Of a stretch of DNA of 64,000 bases, positions 24,770 to 41,200 are shown in pieces. Origin of the DNA: Antedon mediterranea (lineage: Eukaryota > Animalia > Echinodermata); the NCBI RefSeq assembly GCF_964355755.1, contig NC_092674.1, forward strand, positions 28,582,001 through 28,646,000. The letters run 5' to 3'. The number at the start of each line of letters is the position of its first letter. The stretch's first letter is position 1. The notes beneath the pieces were generated by a model. The model worked only from the letters and a program-made list of their open reading frames with translations, was not told the origin of the DNA and did not search any database. Position numbers and translations under genes: made by a program.

Positions 24770-27397
24770 TATTTTGCTATGTAAATAATATCATATAATA
24801 AATGTTTCATTATCATTGTGTTTTACTGTAACCAAATTGGCTATAGTAAAACACAATACTAAATTTGTATGTAAATGTATCATATTATTATATGTTTCCT
24901 ATTCTTAATTTGTGTTTTACTGTATCCAGCACAGTGCTAAATATCATTTATCATAGTTAAAATGTTTTACTCTAACCAAATTGGTTATAGTAAAACACAG
25001 TGATAAATTACTATGTAAATGTCATTTATCATATTATTAAATGTTTCATATTCTTTATCATTGTGCTTTACTCTAATCAAATTGGTTATAGTAAAACACA
25101 GTGCTAAATTTCTATGTGAATGTCATTTATCATGTTATTAAATGTTTCCTATTCTTTATCATTGTGTTTTACTCTAACCAAATTGGTTATAGTAAAACAC
25201 AGTGCTAAATTGCTATGTAATGACATTTATCATATTATTAAATGTTTCCTATTCTATATCATTGTGCTTTACCATAATCAAATTGGTTATAGTAAAACAT
25301 TGTGCTAAATTGCTAGCTATGTATGTAAATAATCATTATTATTAAATGTTTCCTATTCTTTGTCATTGTGTTTTACTCTAACCAAATTGGTTATAGTAAA
25401 ACACAGTGCTAAATTGCTATGTAATGACATTTATCATATTATTAAATGTTTCCTATTCTATATCATTGTGCTTTACCATAACCAAATTGGTTATAGTAAA
25501 ACATGGTGCTAAATTGCTATGTAAATAATCATTATTATTAAATGTTTCCTATTCTATATCATTGTGCTTTACCATAACCAAATTGGTTATAGTAAAACAC
25601 AGTGATAAATTGCTATGTAAATGTCATTTATCATATTATTAAATGTTTCCTATTCTTTATCATTATGTTTTACTTTAACCAAATTGGTTATAGTAAAACA
25701 CAGTGCTAAATTGCTATGTAAATGTCATTTATCATATTATTAAATGTTTCCTATTCTATATCATTGTGCTTTACCATAACCAAATTGGTTATAGTAAAAC
25801 ACAGTGATAAATTGCTATGTAAATGTCATTTATCATATTATTAAATGTTTCCTATTCTATATCATTGTGTTTTACTATAACCAAATTGGTTATAGTAAAA
25901 CACAGTGCTAAATTGCTATGTAAATAATCATTATTATTAAATATTTCCTATTCTTTATCATTGTGTTTTACTCTAACCAAATTGGTTATAGTAAAACACA
26001 GTGCTAAATTGCTATGTAAATGTCATATATCATATTATTAAATTCCTATTCTTTATCATTCTGCTTTACTTTAACCAAATTGGTTATAGTAAAACACAGT
26101 GCTAAATTGCTATGTAAATGTCATTTATCATATTATTAAGTGTTTCCTATTCTTTATCATTGTGTTTTACTTTAACCAAATTGGTTATAGTAAAACACAG
26201 TGCTAAATTGCTATGTAAATGTCATTTATCAAATTATTAAATGTTTCCTATTCTATATCATTGTGTTTTACTCTAACCAAATTGGTTATAGTAAAACACA
26301 GTGCTAAATTGCTATGTGAATGTCATATATCATATTATTAAATGTTTCCTATTCTTTATCATTGTGTTTTACTATAACCAAATTGGTTATAGTAAAACAC
26401 AGTGCTAAATTGCTATGTAAATAATCATTATTATTAAATGTTTCCTATTCTTTATCATTGTGTTTTACTCTAACCAAATTGGTTATAGTAAAACACAGTG
26501 ATAAATTGCTATGTAAATGTCATTTATCATATTATTAAATGTTTCCTATTCTATATCATTGTGTTTTACTATAACCAAATTGGTTATAGTAAAACACAGT
26601 GCTAAATTGCTATGTAAATAATCATTATTATTAAATATTTCCTATTCTTTATCATTGTGTTTTACTCTAACCAAATTGGTTATAGTAAAACACAGTGCTA
26701 AATTGCTATGTAAATGTCATATATCATATTATTAAATTCCTATTCTTTATCATTCTGCTTTACTTTAACCAAATTGGTTATAGTAAAACACAGTGCTAAA
26801 TTGATATGTAAATGTCATTTATCATATTATTAAGTGTTTCCTATTCTTTATCATTGTGTTTTACTTTAACCAAATTGGTTATAGTAAAACACAGTGCTAA
26901 ATTGCTATGTAAATGTCATTTATCAAATTATTAAATGTTTCCTATTCTATATCATTGTGTTTTATTCTAACCAAATTGGTTATAGTAAAACACAGTGCTA
27001 AATTGCTATGTGAATGTCATATATCATATTATTAAATGTTTCCTATTCTTTATCATTGTGTTTTACTCTAACCAAATTGGTTATAGTAAAACACAGTGCT
27101 AAATTGCTATGTAAATGTCATATATCATATTATTAAATTCCTATTCTTTATCATTCTGCTTTACTTTAACCAAATTGTTTATAGTAAAACACAGTGCTAA
27201 ATTGCTATGTAAATGTCATTTATCATATTATTAAATGTTGCCTATTCTATATCATTGTGTTTTACTCTAACCAAATTGGTTATAGTAAAACACAGTGATA
27301 AATTGCTATGTAATGACATTTATCATATTATTAAATGTTTCCTATTCTTTATCATTGTGTTTTACTCTAACCAAATTGGTTATTGTAAAACACAGTA
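24770..27397 (-). repeat. Right arm tandem array, same ~100-bp unit inverted, ~24-26 copies
   Basis: CCTATTCTTTATCATTGTGTTTTACTCTAACCAAATTGGTTATAGTAAAACACAGTGCTAAATTGCTATG is repeated and is the reverse complement of the left-arm unit. Confidence 0.97.
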
Positions 27398-27439
27398 TAT
27401 TTTACCTCAACAACATCGCCGCAAAATTGTTTATACGTT

Positions 27440-27594
27440 TATTTTGATTGGCTAACTAAAGTACGGTCTAATGAATATTGATATCAGAAGATTCCCTAGC
27501 TTAGTGAAAAAGTTTTATTACCAAAAATATGCTGATTACGTCACTACCGGAAGTTGTAGTCTAGCATGATGCAGACGCAATTGATTATGTACGT
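27440..27594 (+). promoter_or_regulatory. Putative YIPF5 core promoter and non-coding first exon
   Basis: Inverted CCAAT (ATTGG 27447-27451), TTACGTCA (27536-27543), ETS CCGGAAGT (27547-27554) overlapping an ACTACAAnnCC-type motif on the minus strand, then a candidate donor GTACGT at 27589. Candidate acceptor TATAG ends at 27790. Confidence 0.5.
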
Positions 27595-27812
27595 TTGTTA
27601 AACATATAAAAAGCTGTAAATTACCACAAAACGACAATAGGAAAGAATTCAAAGAAATGCCCTACGTGTTCAAAATCATTGTTTTAATATAGTCTGTATG
27701 TATAACTAACAATTGACCTTGTGGAAGAGCGTATAAATTTAATTTAAAGTAAAACATGATTTACTCGCCAATTTGGTATTGGATATATAGCTCAGGAAGG
27801 CCGACAAACAAC

Positions 27813-31352
<3,540 letters not shown>

Positions 31353-32213
31353 ACGAGTGTCGCATAATGATTTAAAAATACAATTTACAGAGGAATTAAA
31401 GAGCAAAAAGTGAATAATGATGGAGTGGTATTTACTTTTCTATACAGTGTATGTATGAAACTGGCATCTTATTTAAAAACAGCACGAAAGAACATCTAAT
31501 GTTGTGTGTATCAATGGAATTGACCCAAATCACCTCATATATGGATTTAGGCAGACTGGGTCAGGGTAAAAATTGCCACGTTCCTCTTTTAAAAAAAACA
31601 TAATTATATGCATTTATGTAATTAGGATTCGTTAGGTGTTAAAAACATTATGGTATTTCATCTCACTATATCATAATTATTCACTTTCATCTTTAGAAAT
31701 TATATACATTTTAAAATCTGAGATATGTATATGATTGCCAATATAAATATTATTTTCCTTTGTTTTTATTGTGTGCTTACAATTTGAGATTGACAGGTGG
31801 AAAAAATACATAGATCTGTATCTCATTCTTGTGAATACTTGACCAAAATATATCCTCTATTACTTATTGTATTATTTATTAAGCACATAATATATGTCAC
31901 AATTCAGCTCTTTTTAATAATAAAGTTTTCAATAAAAATATAATATGTAACTGGTGAATATTGTTTACATTTGATTTTATTAGTGCAAGTTTTTTGTACA
32001 ATATTTGATTTTTGCTGTGCCTGTTTAGGCATGAAATCAAGGCACTAGCCAAAATTAAAACTTACTTTTAACACTGATAAAAACACAATAATTAAGTGTT
32101 CTTTTAAATTTATTATTTTCAAAATAACATTAATTCTAAAATATGATTATACATATTGCAGACATTTTAATGAATAACTAAATTAACAAAATTATTTCTC
32201 ATTTCTTGAAAAT

Positions 32214-35200
32214 CTATTTTGAGTTCTTCATTCTCTTTATCAAGGAATCTCTCAGAGCGATCTATATTAAAGAAACGTGAGAAGAAATTTAATAAATAAA
32301 GATACACATATAATAGTCTAATAGTGGACATGAATTATTAGTCCTGTCATTTCACCCGATGCTCTGTACTGTGTCTCCACATATGGCGTAATTTGTCCAG
32401 TGTTGTAGGCAGATTCTATGATACAGCATCACATATGTATCACATGTTGTGCCCTTATTAAGTCAAGGTTAGGCTTATGGCCTATGATACATACTCAGCA
32501 TGTGATACATATGACAGTGTATTACAGCATTTTCCACTGATGCTGTGCAAGTTAAACATAAAGTACTGAGAATCATTCAGCCTATAAATATATTGTACAT
32601 TACCTGTTTTTCTCTAAAAGACCTCTTTTGTTTTCCTTTGATGTTTCTCTTCTGCTTTACCATCATAAATGGTTTTTTTTTCTCTTTTTCTTTATTACTT
32701 GTGCTTGAATTAGGATTTTGTCTTCTCTTCTGTTTGGTGTACTTTTCTCTTCCCTCTCTGCCACCCTGTAAAAAAATTCTATAAATTTACAATTTCTAGG
32801 AACACACTAAAAGCAAATTTACCCATTTAACGGTAAGCGGGAAACCGCGTAGCTTGTCCCACGTAGAATCTGTATAAATCCTGAGCGGAAACCGCCCGTC
32901 TTATACGTATGTTGTGTAAATGGTCAAAAGGAATAACATAGGTTTAATATTTTTATTACTGTTACCGCTCGTCTGTGTAAATTGGCCTTAAAACAACTTG
33001 TATACACCATGTAAAGCAAACACAAAAACACAGTGGAGGTATTCACCAATCAATATTTTAATTTGTGTGACTATGTCCAGAGCTTGTATAAAATACATTC
33101 TATTCTACTATGAAATGACACATACCATAACAGTTGTGAGTCGTGATTCCTTGTCGTGTCTTGGTCGATATTTAATAGCTTCAATTCTGTCCAGTGAAAG
33201 TATTTCACCTCTGTAAGACAAAAAAGAACAGTTAAAATGTAGATAAAGAGATTTTTTATTGGGATGAAAACCGTACAAACAAGGTTTAAATAAAATATTT
33301 AAAATATCTTACCTTTCTTCTTCCTCTATTGAAGTATTTAGTTTTCTTTTCTTTCCTTTTTTGACCTTTGCACCCTCCATTTCTCGTTGCATCTGTTTTA
33401 CTCGGATTTCCTTTAAAAAAAAAACAAAGATGTGGTGTAAACAATTAAAAAATAAAATATTATAAAAAAACTGCTTTTTCGATATAGCAATTAAATCGTA
33501 GTGGAGCTGTAGCTTGGTGGTTAACATGCTTGCTTTCCAATACCAAGGTCTAGGGTTCAATCCCGACCTAGTGCCAGGGTTGTAACTCACAATTCTTTTC
33601 AACTCCCTAAGTCTCAAATCAGACTTAGTTTATAAGCACGATAAATTATAAAATATCCTGTAATTGGCCAGTTTGTGCTCGCTGTTGGATAAGTATGAAA
33701 AAAAAAATAAAAATTACCTTAAATTCATCCTGTGTCAATAACCTTGAGCTACTAATCTCAGACGCCCTCGCTTGTCTCTCCGCCGCGGTTAGGCCATCTT
33801 CAACACCGCCCTCTTTGTTCTTGGGTACTTCATCATCTGAATGTACCACGTCATGCCAACTACCATCGCTGTCATCGCCAGAATCACTACAGCTCTCCCA
33901 ACCAACTTTTAAAAAATAATATGATAATACTCAATTAACAGACGGAATTAGTAATAGTTAACAGTCAGGCGTTATAAACTGTAGGAACTGTTGTCAATAT
34001 CTTGATCATTGGGATGTGGGTTTGAACTAGAAAAATATATACATTGTATATACATTCAATTTGCTTATCAATTAAAGGCCAACTCCATCGTACGATGGGT
34101 CGTCTCATTGGGATAAAATTAAACATGCTGAAAGTTCTCGCGACAACCTAAAACTACACCGGACGCTATCTCAAGACGACTCATCTTGTCTGGATTAAAC
34201 TGAGACAGCACAGATGAGTCAAACCGTTCTGAGTTGGCCATTACAACAACCATACCTTCTTCTATTTGAGCTTCTTTTAGTTCTGCAGCATTCTTTAATA
34301 CCTCAGCTCCTGGTATAAAATCTGGGGCGACAAGTTCTCCATACTCCTTGGGCTGAATGTCTAAGCTATGCTCCGTTGGTTTACCCTGTGTGTCAATACA
34401 AAATCAGATAAAACATATTTTTATCATGGTTGGCAGAAATTGAAAATCAAATATCGATGAATGTATGGATTACATATACAGTATACAATCTTGAGTTGTT
34501 TATAAGAATTTGTACGGAATAGTGGGGACAGTCTAACAATAGAAGGTTTTGGGGTGATCAACTGGAATGTTCTGTTCACAAATATACAATGAAATGCATT
34601 ATCTGCACTACCAAACCTTATGTGACAACAAAATATGATGTGTGTACCCAATGATGTAATATCACTACCATATTTGGACATATCACTACCATATTTGGAC
34701 ATATCACTACCATATTTGGACATATCACTACCATATTTGGACATATCACTACCATATTTGGGCATATCACTACAATATTTGGTAGATTGATAGTCTAGAA
34801 AAAGCTTTTTGTTATGATAAACTCACTCTGTCTTTACGATGCAATAACTCTGGATTAACATTACGGAATAAGCCTATAAGTGACCTAGCAGCAGACATCA
34901 CAGATTTGTTCTTGTAATTCTTGTACTGAGCAAGGTCAATCAAAAGGTCAGAGTTCATAGCTAATGGGCATCTTGCACACACTTCTCTTACAGCGTTGAG
35001 ACTAAAATAAGATTTAAGAAGAAAACTGAGTAATCATTGTCTACACTATCAAACTTTATGGGGAAAAAAAATGTGATGTGCCCATATATGGACAGAATGA
35101 TGTCATATTACTATTTGAGCATATCACTACCATATTTGGGCACATCATACTTTTTTATCAAACTAGTTTGATAGTGTAGAGATTTATGCTAAACGTTTGA

Positions 35201-38200
35201 ATGCATGAATTGTTTGGTAACAATATCTAGACTTGGAAACATTTTTATTTGACATAATATATAATATAATATTATATATCATATTAATAACATTTCAGGG
35301 CATCACGTATGCAAAACCCAGGAGAGCAACAAATCGCTCTCCTCAAATCACCGAGGAGAGCAATTCGCTCTCCTTGCAAACATTTTAAATCGCTCTCCTC
35401 AAATATTTATGTTGAAGTTGAAGGATGGTCGCCCTTATTAAAAATGGCTGGCCCTTATTAATTTTTTGTACACATTTTTTTGCCCGACATGGGATAACCC
35501 CCCCCCCCCTTCCCCCCCCCCGCCGGGCAAAACAAATGTATACTGTACCTCTCCCCTAAAATCCCCCACACCCACCTTTACACACAATATTTTCCGTGGG
35601 GATCGTATTATTCTACAGTACAAAAAACTCAAGCCAATTTTTTTTTTTATGGCCTGCCTTGGTAGATTGGGTTTCAGGAGCCTGGAGAATCCTGTCCTTG
35701 CCAACTATATGCCTTTTAGCCTAGCTTTTCTAGCCTAGCTTGTTGGCCTAGAAATCAGACAGAAAACTTGAAAAGTATTTACCTGCAATTCATAAATTAT
35801 ACAATTCTAACATGCAACAGCCATTAAAATATTGATAATAAGTTACAAAGTGTCATTTTAAAATAATTAAGAAAGATATTTGATCGTGTTTACATGTGTC
35901 ACACATGGGCGCACGCACAATAGGGGAGGGCTGAGAGAGCTTCTAGAAGATGCTGACGTCACACATCAGCACGTGTTTTGAGGAGGATTTGAGTGACCAA
36001 AATTGGTTAGAACTTTCGAAGAAATAATCCATCTTCAAAATGACATAATTAAAGCAACCAGCAGCTAAGCTTTTTTAAATAATAAACATTATATTTAGGC
36101 CTCCTATATTAATGTTTCCTCTTAAAATTAAATATATTTTATTAACTCGTTCCTTAAAAACATAAAGGGAAAAATTATTGGTTGGGACATGATCTTCCTG
36201 TAAAGGAGGTGTTTCTTTGACACCGTACTGGTTGCACTATGAGGCGATGAAGTAAACTCGCCCTTGAATGCGCGCAGGCAGGGGAATCCCCTTTGTTGGT
36301 ACCTCGCACTCTGTGAGATGGAGCGCGATGAATTGCTCTCCTTTTCGAAGGTTGTTGATTGCGATCGCGCTCGCGATCCTTAAAAACGAGGGACTGCCAT
36401 TAGGCTTGTAGCTTTATAACTTAGCTTATATACTATTAGCCTAGGCCTAGATTGGTTTTAACTTTTAAAAATCCACGTGTTTTTAGGCCTCTTGACAGAA
36501 AAATCAACACTGTCAAAAGCTAGGCTCTATTTTGAAAATTAAGGAGCGCGATAAATTGCTCTCCTCGAAGCCTGTTGAGGAGCGCGGAGGAGCGCGGTCG
36601 CGCAGGCGCTCCTTATAAATGATGCCCTGACATTTATTAATTATGGATAAGAAAACAATGTACGCTCACCCTACTGCCATTACTTCGCTTGAGTTCCTCT
36701 CGGTAACAAAGTTGTTAACTAGCGTCATAATCAGCGACTGGATTATATCTGGTGGCACAAGCTCATGACTTGCTTGAGCCGAGTACAGCAACAGTTTTGT
36801 TACCTCTAAAAATATAATAACATGTATTACATGGTTGCAGTGATGTCATTTCCAGTTATTTCTATTACGCCTTATATAACTTATTAAAAAAGATAAATAT
36901 TTATTCTAGAATTAGTTACTTGATTTTTGTGATTATTATTATTTTTATTTGGTCCAATATAAAAAAAAACACATCAGAAATTCCTCTAATATACACTGCA
37001 GAGATAGTAACAAATATACATACAAAATACAAATCTATATAAAATCACATATAAAATATAAAAAAAGTCTACGATCCAGGTGTTCTCTCCATGAGTTAGC
37101 GTTGGACAAATTTGTTATAGGTGACAATAGACTGTGGGACTAATGATTTATTATAGCGTTTAGTTCGGCTTCGAGGCAGACAAATACGAATATTAGATGT
37201 TAGAAAAGTGTATTCCTTATGGAGGGGGTGGTCTGTTTGGGAGAGTATACGCTTTACCAAGGAGAGAACACCTGCATCATAGTTGAAATTAAGTACGGAT
37301 ACATCAACTATTACCTTTCTGATGTGGCTGGATGAAGCGTTGTAAGAATGGATAAAAATTGAATAGAAAGAGTTGATGAATTCCGACAAGACGCGAGATT
37401 AGATTCATCAACATAAGTTTCACTTCAAACCGCTCGTTGCTGCCCTCAAGTTGTTTGAACAATCTCTCAGCAAAGCCTAATAAAATGAAATACATAACCT
37501 ATATATAATCAGTTGTTTTAATGTAATTTGATATTAAAATGAACAATCCTGTGGGAAAGGTCCTAGAAAACTGGGACAGAATCAATGGAAAAAGCATGAT
37601 AAGACTAGCAAGCGAGTGAGTGGCCATGCAGATAAGACAGTGGAACCGTAATTAAGTAGCACATAGTAGAACATGGCAAGGTTTCGAGATTCACTCGCTC
37701 CATGGTTCTGGTGGTAGCTAGCTCATGTGCACCCTATGTGAGTAGGGGGTTATCCCGATGTACTAGTACATCACAGTCACTGATCATAACTGGGCCCTCT
37801 GGGAGATAAATGAATAATAACAAACTAGGATGAGCTTATACCACAGTCATCGTGATATATAAGATACGATAGGCTTATTCCTGAGTCAGCATGGTATATA
37901 AGACAAGATGGGCTTATACCTGAGTCAGCATGGTATATAAGACAAGATGGGCTTATACCAAAGTCATAATATATAAGACAAGATGGGCTTATCCCTGAGC
38001 CAGCATGGTATATAAGACAAGATGGGCTTATCCCTGAGCCAGTAGGTCAATTGTTACTAACTTTGTGGATCATGAACAAGATGAATGGCCGAGAAGTTGA
38101 AGCTTTCAACTTTCTTTTTCTTTTTATGTTTATTAATCACTTTTAATGCTCTGCTGGTTTGTTTCTGTCGCTTCCTTGTTTTCTTGTTCACCCTCTGTGC

Positions 38201-41200
38201 TAACAATAACTGTTTTGCTGATGGTCCTTCGTCCTAAGGAAAAATAATACATTTAGAATTAAGCTCTGTCTACACTATCAAACTTGTTTGACAAAAAAAG
38301 TGCGCCCAAATATGGTAGTGATATGCTCAAATATGGTGAAATGACATCATCATTGTGTCCATCACATTTTTTTTCCTCATAAAATTTGATAGTGTGGACA
38401 GAGCTTTAGGGTGGTTTTGTGATAATTTCTAACTTGCCAATGAAAAATTAAGTTAATAGTTAAGCTTGGTTCGCACTTGGACACAATGCAACAAGTAAAC
38501 ACAAAGCAAGTGAGTTGGTTGTGATTGGTCAATCTACTTGTGCCATGTTTACATCCTTACATTGAATACAAGTGTGAAGCAAGCTTAAAAGAAAGGACAG
38601 GAACACTACCTCGGACTCACTATCACTTTCTTTTCCGTCACCACCATCATCGTCGGAACCAAGAAAGAATTTTAGAGCAGCAACAAGTATCTAGAAATAT
38701 AAAATATAGTTTTAATATATTGTTTGTTTCTTATCTATATTATATTTTAAGGGAAGTTGAGTGGTAAAGTTAGTTAAACATTCATTTGAGTGGATTAACA
38801 TGTAACTCATTTTGAATGGTAGGGCTTCTCTGCCAGTTTGGTTCATTACAGAAGGAGAGAAATATGTGTCAATTCTAGGCTTGACAAAATAAAAAAACAT
38901 TTTAAATTACCTTTGTGACCTTAGAAAAACAAGCTGTTACAATAACATTAACAGTTTTCTCATCCTTCCTGTGTAAAAAAAACGCAATTTTATTCGTACT
39001 TCAAACATTGGAATAATTTACACAAATAAAATCTTTATTATTAATAAAAAAACACATTTCAAATAAATATACACATACCGGTATCAAAAATGTTATATCA
39101 TTATTAGGTGCTTTATAAATAAAGGATATTATCATAGTTTACCATATATTTCTTCTGTATAACTCCATCATTATATCCAGTGATGTCTTAGCTGCTGTTA
39201 CATTACTGTCTCTCAACATTGTATATATAAAATTCTGTAGTGACTGAAATAACAATAAGTTTTAATTGTATTTAATTATTATTATAACTGTGTTAAGCTC
39301 TATCTACATAACGCTATCAAACTAATTTGACAAAAAAAGTGTGATGTGGCCAAATATGGTGGTGATATGGCCAAATATGGTGGTGATATGGCCAAATATG
39401 ATGGTGATATGGCCAAATATGGTGGTGATATGGCCAAATATGGAGGTGATATGCCAAATATGGTGGTGATATGGCCAAATATGGTGGTGATATGGCCAAA
39501 TATGATGGTGATATGGCCAAATATGATGGTGATATGGCCAAATATGGTGGTGATATGGCCAAATATGGAGGTGATATGCCAAATATGAAGGTGATATGCC
39601 CAAATATGGCAGTGATGACATCTTCATGTCCATCACATTTTTGTCACATAAAGTTTGAAAGTGTAGACAGAGTTTTAGGCAATACAAAAGCATAATACTT
39701 ACAGCAAGTACTAAGTAAATACATAATAGGGTGTATTAACTGTACTACAGTATTAACTTTATTTCTATTTCTCCATATACAAATTACTTACAGTGTTAAC
39801 TTTGTTGTTTTTGTGTTTAGCATTAATGGATCTAATGTCTTGTACGATGTAATTATTTAGCGTCTTCCTCAGCAGTTTGTCTTGACATCTTAGTAGTTCA
39901 AAGAACAACTCCAGTAACGAATTTGGGGTGATCAGATTTTTGTTTCGGAGAAGAATTAATCCTTTACAAAATGCCTGTGAAGAAATAGAAGAAGAATAAA
40001 TAAATAAAAGATTAAATAAAGAACATAAAATAATGATTTCTTTGTCTGAAAAACATGTGTATGTTATTTCTATGTTATTGACTATTAGTATGTGCGTCAT
40101 TCCTTGGAACCACAACCAGTGGCTTCAAGTTCATCATCCCTAATTTGGCTAAAAATTGAATCACATGATAGGTTTAAATAACTGTATACGGCCATACTGC
40201 GTTGAAACACCGGTTCTCGTCAGATCACCGAAGTTAGTTGGGTCGCGTTCCGGATGGGAGTCCGTGTAGAAATATAGCAGCGGGTGCTGTATATAGGAGA
40301 GTGATGGTGTAATGAGAATATTGGACTAGCATGTGATAGGCATGGATGCGAGGTTATCTGTACCATACTGAGGGTCCCAAATGATCAGCAAGTGCTTGAT
40401 GGATCACCCTCATTAAATATGGTAAAGACAACAACAACATTTTGAAATTTTGATTGAAGGTACATGTGATTAAATTTTTAGCCAAATCAGAGATTATGAA
40501 ACAGTTCTTATCTAATATTACCATTTTAAGTTATTGTAATTAATAAATGCTGTTTTTATTTCATGAACTGTTTCTAAATAAATGTTGTTGTTGTTGTTGA
40601 TACTTTGGCATGATATGACTACCTGTTCAAAACATCTTATATTTTGTCTGCTTTTTAAAATACCTTACCATTCTCATATCTGGGTCTAAAACTGTGCTTT
40701 GTTTTTGAAGAAGCTCAGTGAGTTCTTGTGGTAAACTATTCAATTCATCTGGATAACAATGAGCAATCTATAAAAAAATAAAACCAACTTATTCAACCTG
40801 CTTGATAATAGGTAATTATAAAAAAACAGTAAAAAAAAAAGACCAATTATGGTAATAGTTCCCAAATGTGATGGTTTATGGAAACCTGTATGCATTTAGA
40901 GGTTTGATTTTAGGCCTAGTAAATAATGAAATTGATGGTAGCTCAACACCTTACCTGGCATAAGAACATGACAAGTTCTTGAAGAGTTTTTGAGTGCTGC
41001 GATGGCTTTAAGTGGAAGATTTGAAGGTTTGACTTGTAGTGCCGATGTTGCTGGTAAAACTGGAAAAAAATAATATCTTTTCAAAATATTTATAATTACG
41101 GTAATTTTGTGTATATTTGTTTGGTATAAGACTGTGGCATTGCATTAAGATAGTGAAACCAAGGGTGAAAGCTAGCTTTTTATCATTATTTATTTTATTT

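Larger units (their letters stand above)
19339..27789. mobile_element. Foldback-like non-autonomous element, ~8.45 kb, with modular inverted arms
   Basis: Left end TATATAAACTATACCAAACTGGCGAGTAAATCATGTTTTACTTT (19339-19382) is the inverted copy of AAAGTAAAACATGATTTACTCGCCAATTTGGTATTGGATATATA (27746-27789). Inside are two tandem arrays of the same ~100-bp unit in opposite orientation. No transposase ORF seen. Confidence 0.7.

Noticed and set aside
19557-27397. CRISPR-like array (palindromic repeats at regular spacing)
   Set aside because: The sequence between palindromes is itself repeated rather than unique spacers, the context is eukaryotic, and there are no cas genes.
19720-27455. Repeated short ORFs MSFIMLLNVSYSLSLCFTLTKL...
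   Set aside because: These are translations of the 100-bp tandem unit, broken at different points in each copy, with no coding signal.
33501-33577. Functional tRNA gene
   Set aside because: Acceptor and anticodon stems do not pair adequately.
39317-39695. ORFs with MAKYGGD / HHHIWPY repeats (also 34424-34765)
   Set aside because: Translations of the 21-bp internal repeat of the family A MITE.
40183-40293. Functional 5S rRNA gene
   Set aside because: Internal deletion and substitutions, no oligo-T terminator, and it continues into a SINE-like body.
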